Assembly: GCA_016190005.1 (NCBI GenBank)
Contig: JACPRK010000146.1
Span: 12,518-76,517, forward strand
Length of the DNA: 64,000 nucleotides
DNA from: Candidatus Wallbacteria bacterium
GTDB lineage: Bacteria > Muiribacteriota > UBA6191 > JACPRK01
Direction of reading: 5' to 3'
Shown: in pieces, positions 1-10,234 of the stretch
Numbering within the stretch: position 1 is the first letter of the stretch
How the letters are laid out: every line of letters begins with the position of its first letter
Made by a program: the position numbers and the translations under genes
Notes under the pieces: model-generated
Databases searched by the model: none
The model's input: the letters and a program-made list of their open reading frames with translations, nothing else
Told to the model about the DNA's origin: nothing

Positions 1-1
1 G

Positions 2-2110
2 TCGGTCTTGCGGCCGCTAGGGGTGGTCCATGGGCTTGCAGTCATCCTGGCGCTCGGAGCTTGCTCCAGGTTCTGGCTCTTCGCGGCGTCCGGCCGCGCC
101 GTCCATGGGGCGGCCTACCTGGGGTGCGGCGCCGCGTTCGCGGCCGTGTTCCGGCTGGCCGCCAGCCTGGGATGGCTCTCGCCCGCACCGTTGCTGCTCC
201 TTGCTGCGGCGACCTCGGCCGCACTCCTGCGCGCCGGCCGCCGCTCGGGCGACTTCGGGCTGTCACAAACCGAGTGGAAAGCTCTCTCGGATGTTTTGGA
301 TCTCATCGGACTCGCGGGACTGACGGCGGGCGTGGCCGCGTCGTCGGCGCGGCACGTGCCCTGGCCTTCGGACCAGAGCCACTCCTTCGCGTTGCTGGCA
401 GCGGCCCTGGTCCTGCAGGGGGGCGCTCCCTTTCTCGAATCCGTGGCGTCCGGGTGGTCCTCGAAGGTAGCGCACCTGGCGGCTGGGCTCGGGGTGCTGG
501 GTGTCTTCCCGGCCGCTTCGGAGGGCGGCTGGTCCGCTTCGCTGGCTCTGGCAGCAGGGACTGCCGTGGTCCTCGGCGGTGCGGCGCGGACCAGCGGCAC
601 CGTGTGGGGCTTCGCGGGACTGGGTCTGACGCTTGCCTGCCTCTTCGACCTCACGTGGCAGTTCGCTGCGCCCCGTGCCTGGGAGCTGCTCTTCTCGTGG
701 CCGCTGGCTGCGGCCGTGAGCCTGACGCTCTCCTGGGCCCTGGCCAGAGCTCGCGTGCCGGAGTACATGCAGCCCGCCTGCCGATTCTACGAAGGCGCGC
801 TCCGAGCCCTGGCCTGTCTGGCGGCGCTGCCGGCGCTCACGGCGCTGGGACGGGTCGAGCTCGGCAGCTCTGCCCGGCTTCTGTCGCTGACGGCGGTGGC
901 GGCGGCGTACCGTGCTCTCACGGCCAGCTCCGACGCCGGCCGCGCAGCGGCGCTGTGTGGGGTGACGGCCGTGGCCGTCGCCGCCGCCGGGGCAGGCGCG
1001 GGCTTTGGCGACTGGTCACTTGCCCACCTGCCTTGCGTGGCGGCCGTCCTCGTGACCGTCGGATTCATCTGGGACCTGCTGCTCCGCCGCCCGGCAGCAG
1101 CCTCGAGGCTCCCCGAAGAGCTGCGCGAGCCCGGCATGTCGACGACCTTCGTCACGGCAGCGCTGATCCTGGCGCTGGTTGCCTTCGTGCTGCCTGCGAC
1201 GCCCGTGACGGTCTGCTGCGTCACCGCCGTTCTGGCGGGCACGGGCCTCTTCGCCCTCCGGAGTGCGTACGACTCGGGCAACGAGCTGGCCGTCTATGTC
1301 GGCGAGGCCTGCCTGGCGGGCGTCTACGTTTACCTGCGCACTTCCGGCATCCTCCACGGCTCGCCCTGGGCCGGACTGCTCGGCGTCATGCTCGACTTCG
1401 GGTTGCTGGCGGTCAGCCAGGCGGCCGCCGGCTGGCGCAGGCCCGTCTTCGCCCGGCCGCTGGCGCGCACCGCGCTGACGCTGCCGTTCCTGCTGATGGC
1501 CGCTTTCCTGCACCGCGGGCCGACGACCGAAAACATCTTGATGGTCCTTGTCTCGGGAGCCTTTTACTCCTCGGCCAGCCTCGACCCGCGGCACTACGGG
1601 CTGAGGTTCCTGGCCGCCGCGCTCTACAACGTCGGCCTGGGAATGGTCTGGATGAGGCTCGAGTTCGTCTCGTGGCAGGCCTATGTCTCGCCTGTCGGAA
1701 TGACGCTCCTCTGGGCGACGGAGCTGGAGCGCGACGCCTTCAGTCCTCGGATGCGGAATCGACTCCGATTGCTGGCCAGCCTCCTCGTCCTGGGCGCCCC
1801 GGCGCTCGAGTTCGCCAGCCGGCAGAGCGTGGCAAACATGCTGAACCTCGCCGCCATCTGCGTCGCCGCGATCTTCGGCGGCATCTGGATGCGGGTCCGC
1901 GTCTTCCTCTACTTCGGGGCCGTGCTGCTGGCAGGCGACCTTCTCGGCTTCGCGGTCTCTCGGTCCATCGAGGCCGAGCTCTCCGCCGTCTGGATGCTGC
2001 TCTCGGCGGGCGGCCTGGTGATCACCATTGCCGCCTTCTTCGAGAAGAAGCGCGCCGAGCTGGCCGAGAAGCTCGGCCGCTGGAAGGTGGCCCTGGAGAG
2101 CTGGGACTGA
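2..2110 (+). CDS. Large polytopic membrane protein (DUF2157-like C-terminal region), 5'-truncated by the window edge
   Basis: Frame is open from the window start; many hydrophobic helices; ends with a basic amphipathic tail ...LGRWKVALESWD. Confidence 0.7.
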   Translation, partial: SVLRPLGVVHGLAVILALGACSRFWLFAASGRAVHGAAYLGCGAAFAAVFRLAASLGWLSPAPLLLLAAATSAALLRAGRRSGDFGLSQTEWKALSDVLDLIGLAGLTAGVAASSARHVPWPSDQSHSFALLAAALVLQGGAPFLESVASGWSSKVAHLAAGLGVLGVFPAASEGGWSASLALAAGTAVVLGGAARTSGTVWGFAGLGLTLACLFDLTWQFAAPRAWELLFSWPLAAAVSLTLSWALARARVPEYMQPACRFYEGALRALACLAALPALTALGRVELGSSARLLSLTAVAAAYRALTASSDAGRAAALCGVTAVAVAAAGAGAGFGDWSLAHLPCVAAVLVTVGFIWDLLLRRPAAASRLPEELREPGMSTTFVTAALILALVAFVLPATPVTVCCVTAVLAGTGLFALRSAYDSGNELAVYVGEACLAGVYVYLRTSGILHGSPWAGLLGVMLDFGLLAVSQAAAGWRRPVFARPLARTALTLPFLLMAAFLHRGPTTENILMVLVSGAFYSSASLDPRHYGLRFLAAALYNVGLGMVWMRLEFVSWQAYVSPVGMTLLWATELERDAFSPRMRNRLRLLASLLVLGAPALEFASRQSVANMLNLAAICVAAIFGGIWMRVRVFLYFGAVLLAGDLLGFAVSRSIEAELSAVWMLLSAGGLVITIAAFFEKKRAELAEKLGRWKVALESWD

Positions 2111-2142
2111 AATCCCGCGGTGAAAGCCCGGCGCACGAAAAC

Positions 2143-2241
2143 CCCGTGGCGCCGTGGCGGAAACCCGTGGCGTCTACCAGTACCGGGTTTTCGGAGAAAC
2201 CCCGGAACAGGTTGACGCCACGGGTTTCCCCACGCCACGGG
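2143..2241. repeat. Long imperfect hairpin (REP-like element or bidirectional terminator) between convergent genes
   Basis: GGAAACCCGTGGCGTC (2159-2174) pairs perfectly with GACGCCACGGGTTTCC (2214-2229); extra CCGTGGCG/CGCCACGG copies lie outside and a CCGGG/CCCGG stem inside. Confidence 0.7.
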
Positions 2242-2253
2242 CTTCCGCTGGCC

Positions 2254-4212
2254 CTAGCGCGCCACGCGGAAGCCGACGAACTCGGCGGTCTCGTTGGCCA
2301 GGTAGCCGTAGCGGTAGGTGGAGCGCAGGAACCACGGCTTGCTGTAGTAGGCGCCGCCGCGAAGGGGCCGGCGCGCCGAGGGCAGCGATCGGACGGGGTT
2401 GCCGGCGGGCGACTGCTCGTAGTAGCGGAGGTCGTAGGTGTCCTGGCACCACTGCCAGACGTTGCCGGCCATGTCGAGCAGCCCGAACGGGGAGCTGCCG
2501 TCCGCCATGGGAAGCCGCGCCCGCGGGCCGAAGCTCCCGACCGGCGACGTGTACTTGAAGCCGTCGAGAAGCCCCGGCTCCTGGGAGTAGTTCGCGCGCG
2601 CGGCTCCGCCGGCGTCCGGAGGCTCGTCGCCCCAGGGGTACTTGCGCCCGTCCGACCCGCGGGCGGCGTACTCCCATTCGGCCTCGCTTGGCAGTCTCAA
2701 GCCGGCCCACTCGCAGAACTGCTGGGCCTCGTGCCAGGTCACGTTCGACACGGGGTGATCGCCGCCTGGGTTCCAGGCAGGCACGGGGGGCGCCTTGCGA
2801 CCCCGCTCCTTGCAGTAACGCGCGTACTGGTCCCGGGTCACCGGCACCTTTCCCAGGAAGTAGCCGTCGACTCGGATGCGCCGGACTGGCTTCTCGTCAT
2901 CCTCGCCGGTGTCGGAGCCGCGCCAGAACTCGCCCTCGGGGACCTGCACCAGCTCGATGCCGCTCTTGAGGTGCACATACTCCGCGCAGCCCTTCGTGTT
3001 GGAGCCGATCGGCGCCAGCCCGGCCAGCGTCTCGTGAATGCCCGCGGGCCGCCTCGTGTCCGGCTCTCGCAGAGTCCAGGCCAGCATCACGATCGTCCCC
3101 AGCCCCGCAAGTGCCAGCGCCGAGCCGACCAGGAAGCCTCTCGACAACGGCAGTCCGGCGCCCCGCTTCAGCACCGGCTTGGGACCGGTGGCATCGTCAT
3201 CCAGAAGGCGCGCCGTCAGCCGCGCCGTGGGCGACGCCTGGGCCGCCGCGGGCGATCTACCCGAGCGGGGTCGAACCCCCGAAGCCGGACGGATGCGAAC
3301 CTGCGACCGAACCGACTCTCGGCGCTCGCAAGTGTCGAGAGAGGCCAGCACCGTCTGGGCGTCCGCAGGCCGCTCTTCCGGTCGCTTGGCCAGGCATCGC
3401 CCGACCAGATCGTCGAGCTCGGCCGAGACGCCCGGCATGCGGTCCGACACCACCGGCGGCGCCTGAGACATATGGGCTGCGACCACGTCCGAGATCGACC
3501 GCCGCGTTCCGTCCTTCTGTTCCGCGGGGAATGGCGGCTGCCCGGTCAGCATCTCCATCAGCACGCACCCCAGCGCGTACAGGTCGCTGCGAATCGATGG
3601 CGCGCTGCCCTCCACGAGCTCGGGCGCAAGGTACTCGGGCGTGCCCAGGAAGGCTCCCTCCGTCGTGACACGATCGGCGCCCGACACCGTGCGGGCCAGG
3701 CCGAAGTCGCAGATCTTGATCGCACCCTCGTCGGTGATCAGGATGTTGGCGCTCTTCAGGTCCCGGTGGAGGATGTCTTGCGCATGCGCCGAGGCCAGTC
3801 CGGAGGCGATCTGCACGGCGAAGCCGAGCGCCTCGAGCGGCTCTAGCGCGCCCACGGCCGCGATGCGCTCCGCCAGCGTCTGGCCCTCGGCGACCTCGAT
3901 GACCAGGAACGGGTGGCCGCCCTCGTCGCCGATGTCGTAGACCTGGATCAGGTTGGGGTGCCTCAGTTGCGCCAGGACCCGACCCTCGCGCGCGAACCGG
4001 GCCAGGCTCTCCGGGTCCTGGGCGTGCGAGAACTTGATCGCCACCTGCCGGTCCAGGCTCTTGTCGGTCGCGAGATAGACTACCCCCATCCCGCCGGAAC
4101 CCAGTGTAGACTGGATCTCGAAGCGCTCCTGGAACGCACGGGAGAACCGCCGGGGCGGCCCGGCCACGACCGGCCCCCCGGCCCGCGTCACTCGTGATTC
4201 GCCCTCGCCCAA
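2254..4212 (-). CDS. Ser/Thr protein kinase with TM helix and C-terminal FGE-sulfatase (SUMF1-like) domain
   Basis: GSGGMGVVY, VAIK, HRDLKSANIL, DFGLAR, GTPEYLAPE; TM segment; RLPSEAEWEYAARG, DMAGNVWQW, GFRVAR. Confidence 0.9.
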   Translation of the reverse strand: MGEGESRVTRAGGPVVAGPPRRFSRAFQERFEIQSTLGSGGMGVVYLATDKSLDRQVAIKFSHAQDPESLARFAREGRVLAQLRHPNLIQVYDIGDEGGHPFLVIEVAEGQTLAERIAAVGALEPLEALGFAVQIASGLASAHAQDILHRDLKSANILITDEGAIKICDFGLARTVSGADRVTTEGAFLGTPEYLAPELVEGSAPSIRSDLYALGCVLMEMLTGQPPFPAEQKDGTRRSISDVVAAHMSQAPPVVSDRMPGVSAELDDLVGRCLAKRPEERPADAQTVLASLDTCERRESVRSQVRIRPASGVRPRSGRSPAAAQASPTARLTARLLDDDATGPKPVLKRGAGLPLSRGFLVGSALALAGLGTIVMLAWTLREPDTRRPAGIHETLAGLAPIGSNTKGCAEYVHLKSGIELVQVPEGEFWRGSDTGEDDEKPVRRIRVDGYFLGKVPVTRDQYARYCKERGRKAPPVPAWNPGGDHPVSNVTWHEAQQFCEWAGLRLPSEAEWEYAARGSDGRKYPWGDEPPDAGGAARANYSQEPGLLDGFKYTSPVGSFGPRARLPMADGSSPFGLLDMAGNVWQWCQDTYDLRYYEQSPAGNPVRSLPSARRPLRGGAYYSKPWFLRSTYRYGYLANETAEFVGFRVAR

Positions 4213-4370
4213 CCGGGTTGTCCTCCTCTGGCCGGCTCAGCATGAGCCCTGACCGGCGCCGGTGTCAAACCGCTGCCAGGAGCGATTGTTACGGCAGTGT
4301 GTCATAATTTGAAGAAACATAGGGCACCATGAATCGATATCCGGCCAGAGGGCCGGGCAGGGAGACGTGT

Positions 4371-5231
4371 ATGCGAAGTGCCAGCCGAGGCAAAGCGGGT
4401 TTCACGATCATCGAGTTGCTCATCGTGGTCATCGTCATCGGGATTCTCGCAGCAGCCGGCCTGGCCAAGTACCAGAACTTCGCCGAGGTGTCTCGACGGA
4501 AGACCTGCCTCGGCCAGCTCAAGCAAATCGAGCAAGCCGTCGCTGTCTGGGAGACAGCGACCCTGGGGTTTGCGGCCAACTCCAAGTGCGCCTTCGGCTT
4601 CACGACCCGCACCGGCAAGCTGACGAACAATACCACTATCCCCACCATCAACCCGGTGCCGCCTGCTGTTGGCTCCACGATTCCGTCGATCGCCGATACG
4701 CAGCTCACCGTGGGCGGTCCCGACGGTTTCGTCAATACCGGCCCCGGCGCAACGGGCAACTCCGGCCCTCTCAACCAGGTCATCCGCGACGACAACATCT
4801 GGGTCTGCCCGTCCGCGCTCTCCCGCTACTACAACGGCGAGAAGCAGAATGTCCCCGATGACTATCTCGACACGACGGGCGGCGGCGTCGCGCCGATCGC
4901 GCACGGCGGCACTCCTGTCGGACTGACAGGGCGCTACGTCTTCGTGATCGCAGGCCGAGGCAACGACTCCAGCGGTGCCACACCTATCCGCAACGGCGGT
5001 TTCCCCGCTGGCTGGATCGTCGACGGCAGCCCGGGCAACCCGGCCGCAACGGCGAACACGCTGGCCCCCTGTCCGCAGGTCCCGTTCAAGATCGCCATCT
5101 GCGGGTGCTACGGCACCTTCGGTGACGGCGCAGGTCCGGGTGATAACTCCCCCGGCACCGTGGCGGGTAACCAGGGCGGGCCGGTCGGACCCGATGGTTC
5201 CACCTTGAATCGCCACTCCGCCCGCTGGTGA
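4371..5231 (+). CDS. Type IV pilin-like protein (prepilin N-terminal cleavage/methylation motif)
   Basis: MRSASRGKAG|FTIIELLIVVIVIGILAA class III signal with Glu5; GGAGA upstream of ATG 4371. Confidence 0.88.
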   Translation: MRSASRGKAGFTIIELLIVVIVIGILAAAGLAKYQNFAEVSRRKTCLGQLKQIEQAVAVWETATLGFAANSKCAFGFTTRTGKLTNNTTIPTINPVPPAVGSTIPSIADTQLTVGGPDGFVNTGPGATGNSGPLNQVIRDDNIWVCPSALSRYYNGEKQNVPDDYLDTTGGGVAPIAHGGTPVGLTGRYVFVIAGRGNDSSGATPIRNGGFPAGWIVDGSPGNPAATANTLAPCPQVPFKIAICGCYGTFGDGAGPGDNSPGTVAGNQGGPVGPDGSTLNRHSARW

Positions 5232-5241
5232 AGCGGAAGCC

Positions 5242-6435
5242 TCAGGCCCGGTAAACTTCGAGCCCCCGCCGAAGGCAGGCCATCGAGCCTCGCAGGTCGG
5301 CTTCCTTGAGCACGTAAGCGATCCGGATTTCGTCGAGGCCCAGGCCCGGGGTTGCGTAGAATCCGGCCGCGGGCGCGAACATCACGGTGTGCCCGTCGAG
5401 CGTGAAGTCGGTCAGCAGCCACCGGGCGAACGCCTCGGCGTCCGGGACCGGCAGGCGCGCCATCGTGTAGAACGCCCCTGCCGGCAGGTGCGTCAGGACG
5501 CCCGGGATGGAGGACAGCTCGTGGTGAACGATGTCGCGGCGCTTGCGGTACTCCTCCACGGTCGCCTCGAAGTAGCCCATCCCGATATCGCGCATGGCCG
5601 CCGCGCCCAACTGGCCCAGGGTCGGCGCGCTCAGGCGGGCCTGCGCCAGCCTCAGCGCGCAGTCCATTATCTCGGCGTTGCGGCTCACCATGCAGCCGAT
5701 GCGAGCGCCGCAGGCGCTGTAGCGCTTCGAGATGCTGTCGACCACAATGACCCGGTCCTCCAGCCCCGCCAGAGACAGAGCAGATACAGCCTTTTCCTCG
5801 CCGTAGACGAACTCCCGGTAGACCTCGTCGCTCACCAGGAAGAGGTTTCGCTCACGGGCCAGACCGGCCAGCGTCTGCAGCTCTCCCTGCGTCAGAACTG
5901 TGCCCGTCGGATTGCACGGGTTGCAGACGAGGATGGCCCGGGTTCGCTTCGTCACGAGCTTCTCGATCTCGGAGGCCGGCGGCAGCCGGTAGTTGTCCTC
6001 GGGGCGGGTGGTGATGGGGACGACCTGCAGGCCGGCCGCCATCGCGAGCGTCAGGTAGTTGGTGTAGAAGGGCTCCGGGATCAGCACCTCGTCCCCGGGG
6101 GAGGCGACGGCCAGGAAGGTGAAGAGTATCGCCTCGCTGCCGCCGATGGTGACCTGGAACTGCGCGGGCGGGAGGGAGTAGCCGATGCCGGCGTAGTAGT
6201 CGACGAGTGCGTCGATGTAGACCTTTTCGCCCTGTGAGGGGCTGTAGGCGACGTTGGGGCGATCGAACTTGTGGAGCACCTCGATGTAAGCGGCGGGTGT
6301 TTCCAGGTCGGGCTGACCGATGTTGAGGTGGTAGACCTGGGCGCCCCGGGCGCGGGCCACTTCGGCGAGCGGGTAGAGCTTGCGGATGGGCGAAGCCGGG
6401 AACTGGTGGGCGCGTTCTGAGAGCTGGATCGGCAT
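5242..6435 (-). CDS. PLP-dependent class I/II aminotransferase (aspartate aminotransferase family)
   Basis: LNIGQPD, NPCNPTG, DEVYREF, DSISKRYSACGARIG. Confidence 0.9.
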   Translation of the reverse strand: MPIQLSERAHQFPASPIRKLYPLAEVARARGAQVYHLNIGQPDLETPAAYIEVLHKFDRPNVAYSPSQGEKVYIDALVDYYAGIGYSLPPAQFQVTIGGSEAILFTFLAVASPGDEVLIPEPFYTNYLTLAMAAGLQVVPITTRPEDNYRLPPASEIEKLVTKRTRAILVCNPCNPTGTVLTQGELQTLAGLARERNLFLVSDEVYREFVYGEEKAVSALSLAGLEDRVIVVDSISKRYSACGARIGCMVSRNAEIMDCALRLAQARLSAPTLGQLGAAAMRDIGMGYFEATVEEYRKRRDIVHHELSSIPGVLTHLPAGAFYTMARLPVPDAEAFARWLLTDFTLDGHTVMFAPAAGFYATPGLGLDEIRIAYVLKEADLRGSMACLRRGLEVYRA

Positions 6436-6489
6436 GGCCTCAGCATATCAAGAAGCGCCGTGGCCGCGCGTGCTAGAATCGATGGCCTG

Positions 6490-8169
6490 ATGGCCTCCGC
6501 TGCGGCAGATCGCAAGAAGCAGGAGCTGGAACGGATGGAGGCGACGCGCCTCGCTTCCGTGGGCCACACGTATCTGTCGGACGGCCAGCCGGACAAGGCC
6601 GTGGAGGTCTATCGGCGGGCGCTGGAGCTGGTGCCCGAGTTCGGCCAGGTCTGGGTGAACCTGGCGGCCGCGCTCAACACGCTCGGCAAGCACACCGAGG
6701 CCGCCGACGCCGCGCGGCAAGCCACGACGTGCGAGACCGACAGCGCCGAGGCCTTTCTCAACCTGGGAGCGGCCTACGGGGGGCAGGGCCGCCACGACAA
6801 AGAGATCGAGTTTTACAAGAAGGCGTTGGCCGTGAAGCCCGACTTCGCGCGCGCCCACTTCAACCTGGCGCTGGCCTTCGCCGACAAGGGGCTCGTCGCC
6901 GACGCCATTCAGGCCGCCAAGAAGGCGCTCGACTCCGACGGCGCCTGGGCGCAAGCGCACTACTTGCTTGGCTACTGCTTCGGCGTCAAGCAGATGGTCG
7001 ACAGTGAAATGAAAGAGTACCGGGCGGCGCTGGAGCTGGACCCGTCCTACCTCGATGCACACCGGGCGCTGGGCGCAGCGCTCTTCTCGCAGGGCAAGTA
7101 CGACGAATCGGCGGCGGCCTACCGGCGGGCTCTGGAGCTCTCGGGAGGCCAGGCCGTCGACCTGGCGAACCTGGCGGCCTCGCTGGGTGCCCGGGGTGAG
7201 CTTCGCGAGGCCGTGCAGCACCTCGAAAAGGCGTTCGAGACCGACCCCGACTGCTACGAGGCGCTGCTCAACCTGGCTGCGCTCTGCATCGCCCGGGGGG
7301 ACCTGAAACGCGCCCGTGAGTACGCCGGCCGAGCTGTCGCCGCGCAGCCCGAGCGGGCCTCAGGGTACCTGGCGCAGGCCGAGGCGCTGATGCGCGAGAA
7401 GGACTACGACGGCGCCACCGCCGGCTTCAAGAGGGCGGTCGAGCTGGCACCAAAGGACTTGAAGGGGCATTTCGGTCTCGCGGCGACGCTCAACGAGGCG
7501 GGCCGGCCGCGCGAGGCGATCGACGCCGCCCAGGCGGGGCTGCAGATCGACCCGCAGAATGCCGAGATGCACTATCAGCTTGGCTTGGCTCTCAACAGCC
7601 TCAAGCGCTACAAGGAGGCCCTCGAGGTCCTCGCCAAAACCGTCGAGCTCGACCGGGACCACGCCGAGGCGCACTACCACCGCGGCATGGCCTTCGAGGC
7701 TCGCGACGAGCCCGAGCGCGCCATCGAGTGCTACACGCGCGTCATCGAGCTCAGGCCCGAGCACTTCGGCGCCCACTACGCGCTCGGCTTCCTCTACGGC
7801 AAGATCGGCAACAACGATCGCGCTCTGGTCGAGACGCGGCGGTCCGTTGAGCTCAAACCCGACTACCACAAGGCCCACTTCAACCTCGGCCTGGCCTACG
7901 AAAACCTGGGCAAGATCGAGGAGGCCGTCGCCAGCTATCGCGAGACCGTCAAGCTGAAGACCGACTACCTGAAGGCCTACGTGAAGCTCGGCGCGCTCTA
8001 CGCCAAGCTCGGCGAGAACCGGAAGTCGTCGGTCGCCTACAAAAAGGCGATCGAGTTGAAGCCGGACCAGGCCCAGCTCTACGGCAAGCTCGCCCAGGTC
8101 CTCAAGGCGCTCGGCAAGGCCGACGAGGCGAAGGCCGCCTACGAGACGTACCAGAAGCTCAAGGGTTAG
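6490..8169 (+). CDS. Tetratricopeptide repeat protein (all-TPR)
   Basis: Tandem 34-aa repeats throughout (AHFNLALA, AHYHRGMA, AHFNLGLAY); start uncertain (6460 or 6490). Confidence 0.88.
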   Translation: MASAAADRKKQELERMEATRLASVGHTYLSDGQPDKAVEVYRRALELVPEFGQVWVNLAAALNTLGKHTEAADAARQATTCETDSAEAFLNLGAAYGGQGRHDKEIEFYKKALAVKPDFARAHFNLALAFADKGLVADAIQAAKKALDSDGAWAQAHYLLGYCFGVKQMVDSEMKEYRAALELDPSYLDAHRALGAALFSQGKYDESAAAYRRALELSGGQAVDLANLAASLGARGELREAVQHLEKAFETDPDCYEALLNLAALCIARGDLKRAREYAGRAVAAQPERASGYLAQAEALMREKDYDGATAGFKRAVELAPKDLKGHFGLAATLNEAGRPREAIDAAQAGLQIDPQNAEMHYQLGLALNSLKRYKEALEVLAKTVELDRDHAEAHYHRGMAFEARDEPERAIECYTRVIELRPEHFGAHYALGFLYGKIGNNDRALVETRRSVELKPDYHKAHFNLGLAYENLGKIEEAVASYRETVKLKTDYLKAYVKLGALYAKLGENRKSSVAYKKAIELKPDQAQLYGKLAQVLKALGKADEAKAAYETYQKLKG

Positions 8170-10116
8170 ATGCTCCAGATCCGTGCGCTGCGAAAGTACC
8201 TCGGCGGCCGGCAGCTCTTCGACGGGGCCGAGCTGCGAATCCTCTCGGGTGACCGGCTCGGACTGGTCGGCCCCAACGGCATCGGCAAGACGACGCTCCT
8301 GAGGATGATCGCCGGGGAGGACTTCCCCGACGCCGGCCAGGTCCAGCTCGAGGGCAAGCGCACGGTGGGCTATCTGCCGCAGGAGGCCGTGAGGCCGTCC
8401 AGTCGGCCGCTGCTCGAGGAGGTCACCGCGCACGCCGGAGGGCTCAAGGCGCTGGAAGCGAAGATGCGCGCGATGGAGGAGGACATCCATGGCGCCGCGG
8501 GTGACGAGGCGCTGACAGCGCGGTTGACCGAGGAGTACGGACGGCTCCAGCATCACTTCGAGGCGCTGCGCGGCTACGACCTCGAATTCGAAGCCGGCCG
8601 CGTTCTGACGGGCCTGGGGTTCAAGGCCGGCGACTTCGGAAAGTCCGTCGACACCTTCAGCGGTGGCTGGCGGATGCGGGCCGAGCTGGCGCGGCTGCTG
8701 CTGGCGGCGCCCGACCTCTTGCTACTCGACGAGCCAACGAACCACCTGGACCTGGCCTCGCTGGAGTGGCTGGAGGAGTTCCTCTTCTCCTACGACGGCG
8801 GCATCTTGCTGATCAGCCACGACCGCCCGTTCCTGAACCGCGTCACCAACGAGACGGTGGAGATCGACGGCGGCAAGCTGGTCGCCTATGCCGGCGGATA
8901 CGATCGCTACCTGGCCGCCCGCGAGCAGCGCAAGACCATCGCCGAGGCCGCTGCGCGCAACCAGGCCGCGAAGGTAGCGCAGATCGAGCGGTTCGTCGAA
9001 CGGTTCCGCGCCAAGAACACGAAGGCCACGCAGGTCCAGAGCCGCATCAAGATGCTCGAGAAGATGGAGCGCGTGGAGGTCGTGTCGGACGCGGCCCCGA
9101 TCAGCTTCAGTTTCCCCCAGCCCGAACGCAGCGGCGAGGAGGTGATGCGGCTGCGGGGCGTCGACAAGAGCTACGGGCCCACGGTCGTCTACACCGGCGT
9201 CGACTTCGTAGTGCACCGGGCCGAGAAGGTGGCGTTCGTCGGACCCAATGGAGCCGGGAAGTCCACATTGCTCAAGATTCTCGCCGGTGTGCTCCCGATC
9301 GACGATGGCTCGCGGGAGCCGGGTTACAAGGTCGAGGTCGGCTACTACGCCCAGCACCAGCTCGAGCTGCTCCAGCCCGCCAACACGGCGCTGCAGGAGC
9401 TCTTCATCGTCGCGCCGACCGAGAGCGAGACCCGGCTGCGCACTCTGCTGGGTTGCTTCCTCTTCCGGGGCGATGACGTCCACAAAAAGGTGCAGGTCCT
9501 CTCGGGCGGCGAAAAGGCCCGGCTGGCGCTGGCGAAGATGCTGCTGAAGCCAGCCAACTTCCTGTTGCTCGACGAGCCGACCAACCACCTCGACATCCCC
9601 TCGCGGGACGTTCTCGAGGACGCGCTGGCCCAGTACACGGGCACGCTCTGCTTCATCACCCACGACCGCCACCTGATCGACGCCGTCGCAACGAAAGTCC
9701 TCGAGGTCGACGCCGGTCAGCTCACCTACCGCCTGGGTGGCTACTCCGAATTCGAGCGCATCCGGGCGCAACGAAGGGCGCCGGCAGACCCGTCTGCGCA
9801 ACCCGCCGAGGCCGAGGGCGGCGGTTACCGCACGCGGGACCAGCGGCGCAAGGACGCCGAGGAGCGGGCCGAGCGCCGCCGACGAACCGCACCTCTCAGG
9901 TCCGCCATCGAGAAGATCGAGGCCGACATGGAGGAGCTGACCCTGCGTGAGAAGGAGTTGTCCGACCGGATCGCCGATCCCGCGCTCTACTCGGACGCCT
10001 CCGCGATCGCCGAAGTCACGCGGGAGTACCAGCGTACGCGGAAGCGGATCGAGGAGCTGACCTATGAATGGGAGCTGAAGTCGCTGGAGATGGAAGCGAT
10101 GGAGGGGGAGGCTTGA
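8170..10116 (+). CDS. ABC-F family ATPase (YheS/Uup-like) with C-terminal coiled coil
   Basis: Two NBDs: GPNGIGKT / FSGGWRMR / LLLDEPTNHLD and GPNGAGKS / LSGGEK / LLLDEPTNHLD; no TM segments. Confidence 0.92.
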   Translation: MLQIRALRKYLGGRQLFDGAELRILSGDRLGLVGPNGIGKTTLLRMIAGEDFPDAGQVQLEGKRTVGYLPQEAVRPSSRPLLEEVTAHAGGLKALEAKMRAMEEDIHGAAGDEALTARLTEEYGRLQHHFEALRGYDLEFEAGRVLTGLGFKAGDFGKSVDTFSGGWRMRAELARLLLAAPDLLLLDEPTNHLDLASLEWLEEFLFSYDGGILLISHDRPFLNRVTNETVEIDGGKLVAYAGGYDRYLAAREQRKTIAEAAARNQAAKVAQIERFVERFRAKNTKATQVQSRIKMLEKMERVEVVSDAAPISFSFPQPERSGEEVMRLRGVDKSYGPTVVYTGVDFVVHRAEKVAFVGPNGAGKSTLLKILAGVLPIDDGSREPGYKVEVGYYAQHQLELLQPANTALQELFIVAPTESETRLRTLLGCFLFRGDDVHKKVQVLSGGEKARLALAKMLLKPANFLLLDEPTNHLDIPSRDVLEDALAQYTGTLCFITHDRHLIDAVATKVLEVDAGQLTYRLGGYSEFERIRAQRRAPADPSAQPAEAEGGGYRTRDQRRKDAEERAERRRRTAPLRSAIEKIEADMEELTLREKELSDRIADPALYSDASAIAEVTREYQRTRKRIEELTYEWELKSLEMEAMEGEA

Positions 10117-10139
10117 GGCTTGAGGCTTCAGGGATCAGG
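10108..10139. repeat. 7-nt-period array (GAGGCTT/CAGGGAT type)
   Basis: gaggctt gaggctt gaggctt cagggat cagg, overlapping the ABC-F stop codon. Confidence 0.65.
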
Positions 10140-10234
10140 GGGGGGCGGGAACGCGGGCAAGGGGACAGTCCGTTGTCGTATTGTGGGTTCCGGCGCCTGG
10201 CGCCTTGCACGTCGACGATCAGGAGCGTGATTCG

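Noticed and set aside
2254-3000. FGE/CLec-fold domain as a diversity-generating retroelement target
   Set aside because: No reverse transcriptase, and I noticed no template-repeat copy of the C-terminal region in the window
61-3846. 1261-aa ORF and other long overlapping ORFs (e.g. 19131-22229, 14250-16394, 39099-40805)
   Set aside because: Alternative-frame or antisense shadows of well-supported genes, as expected at high GC
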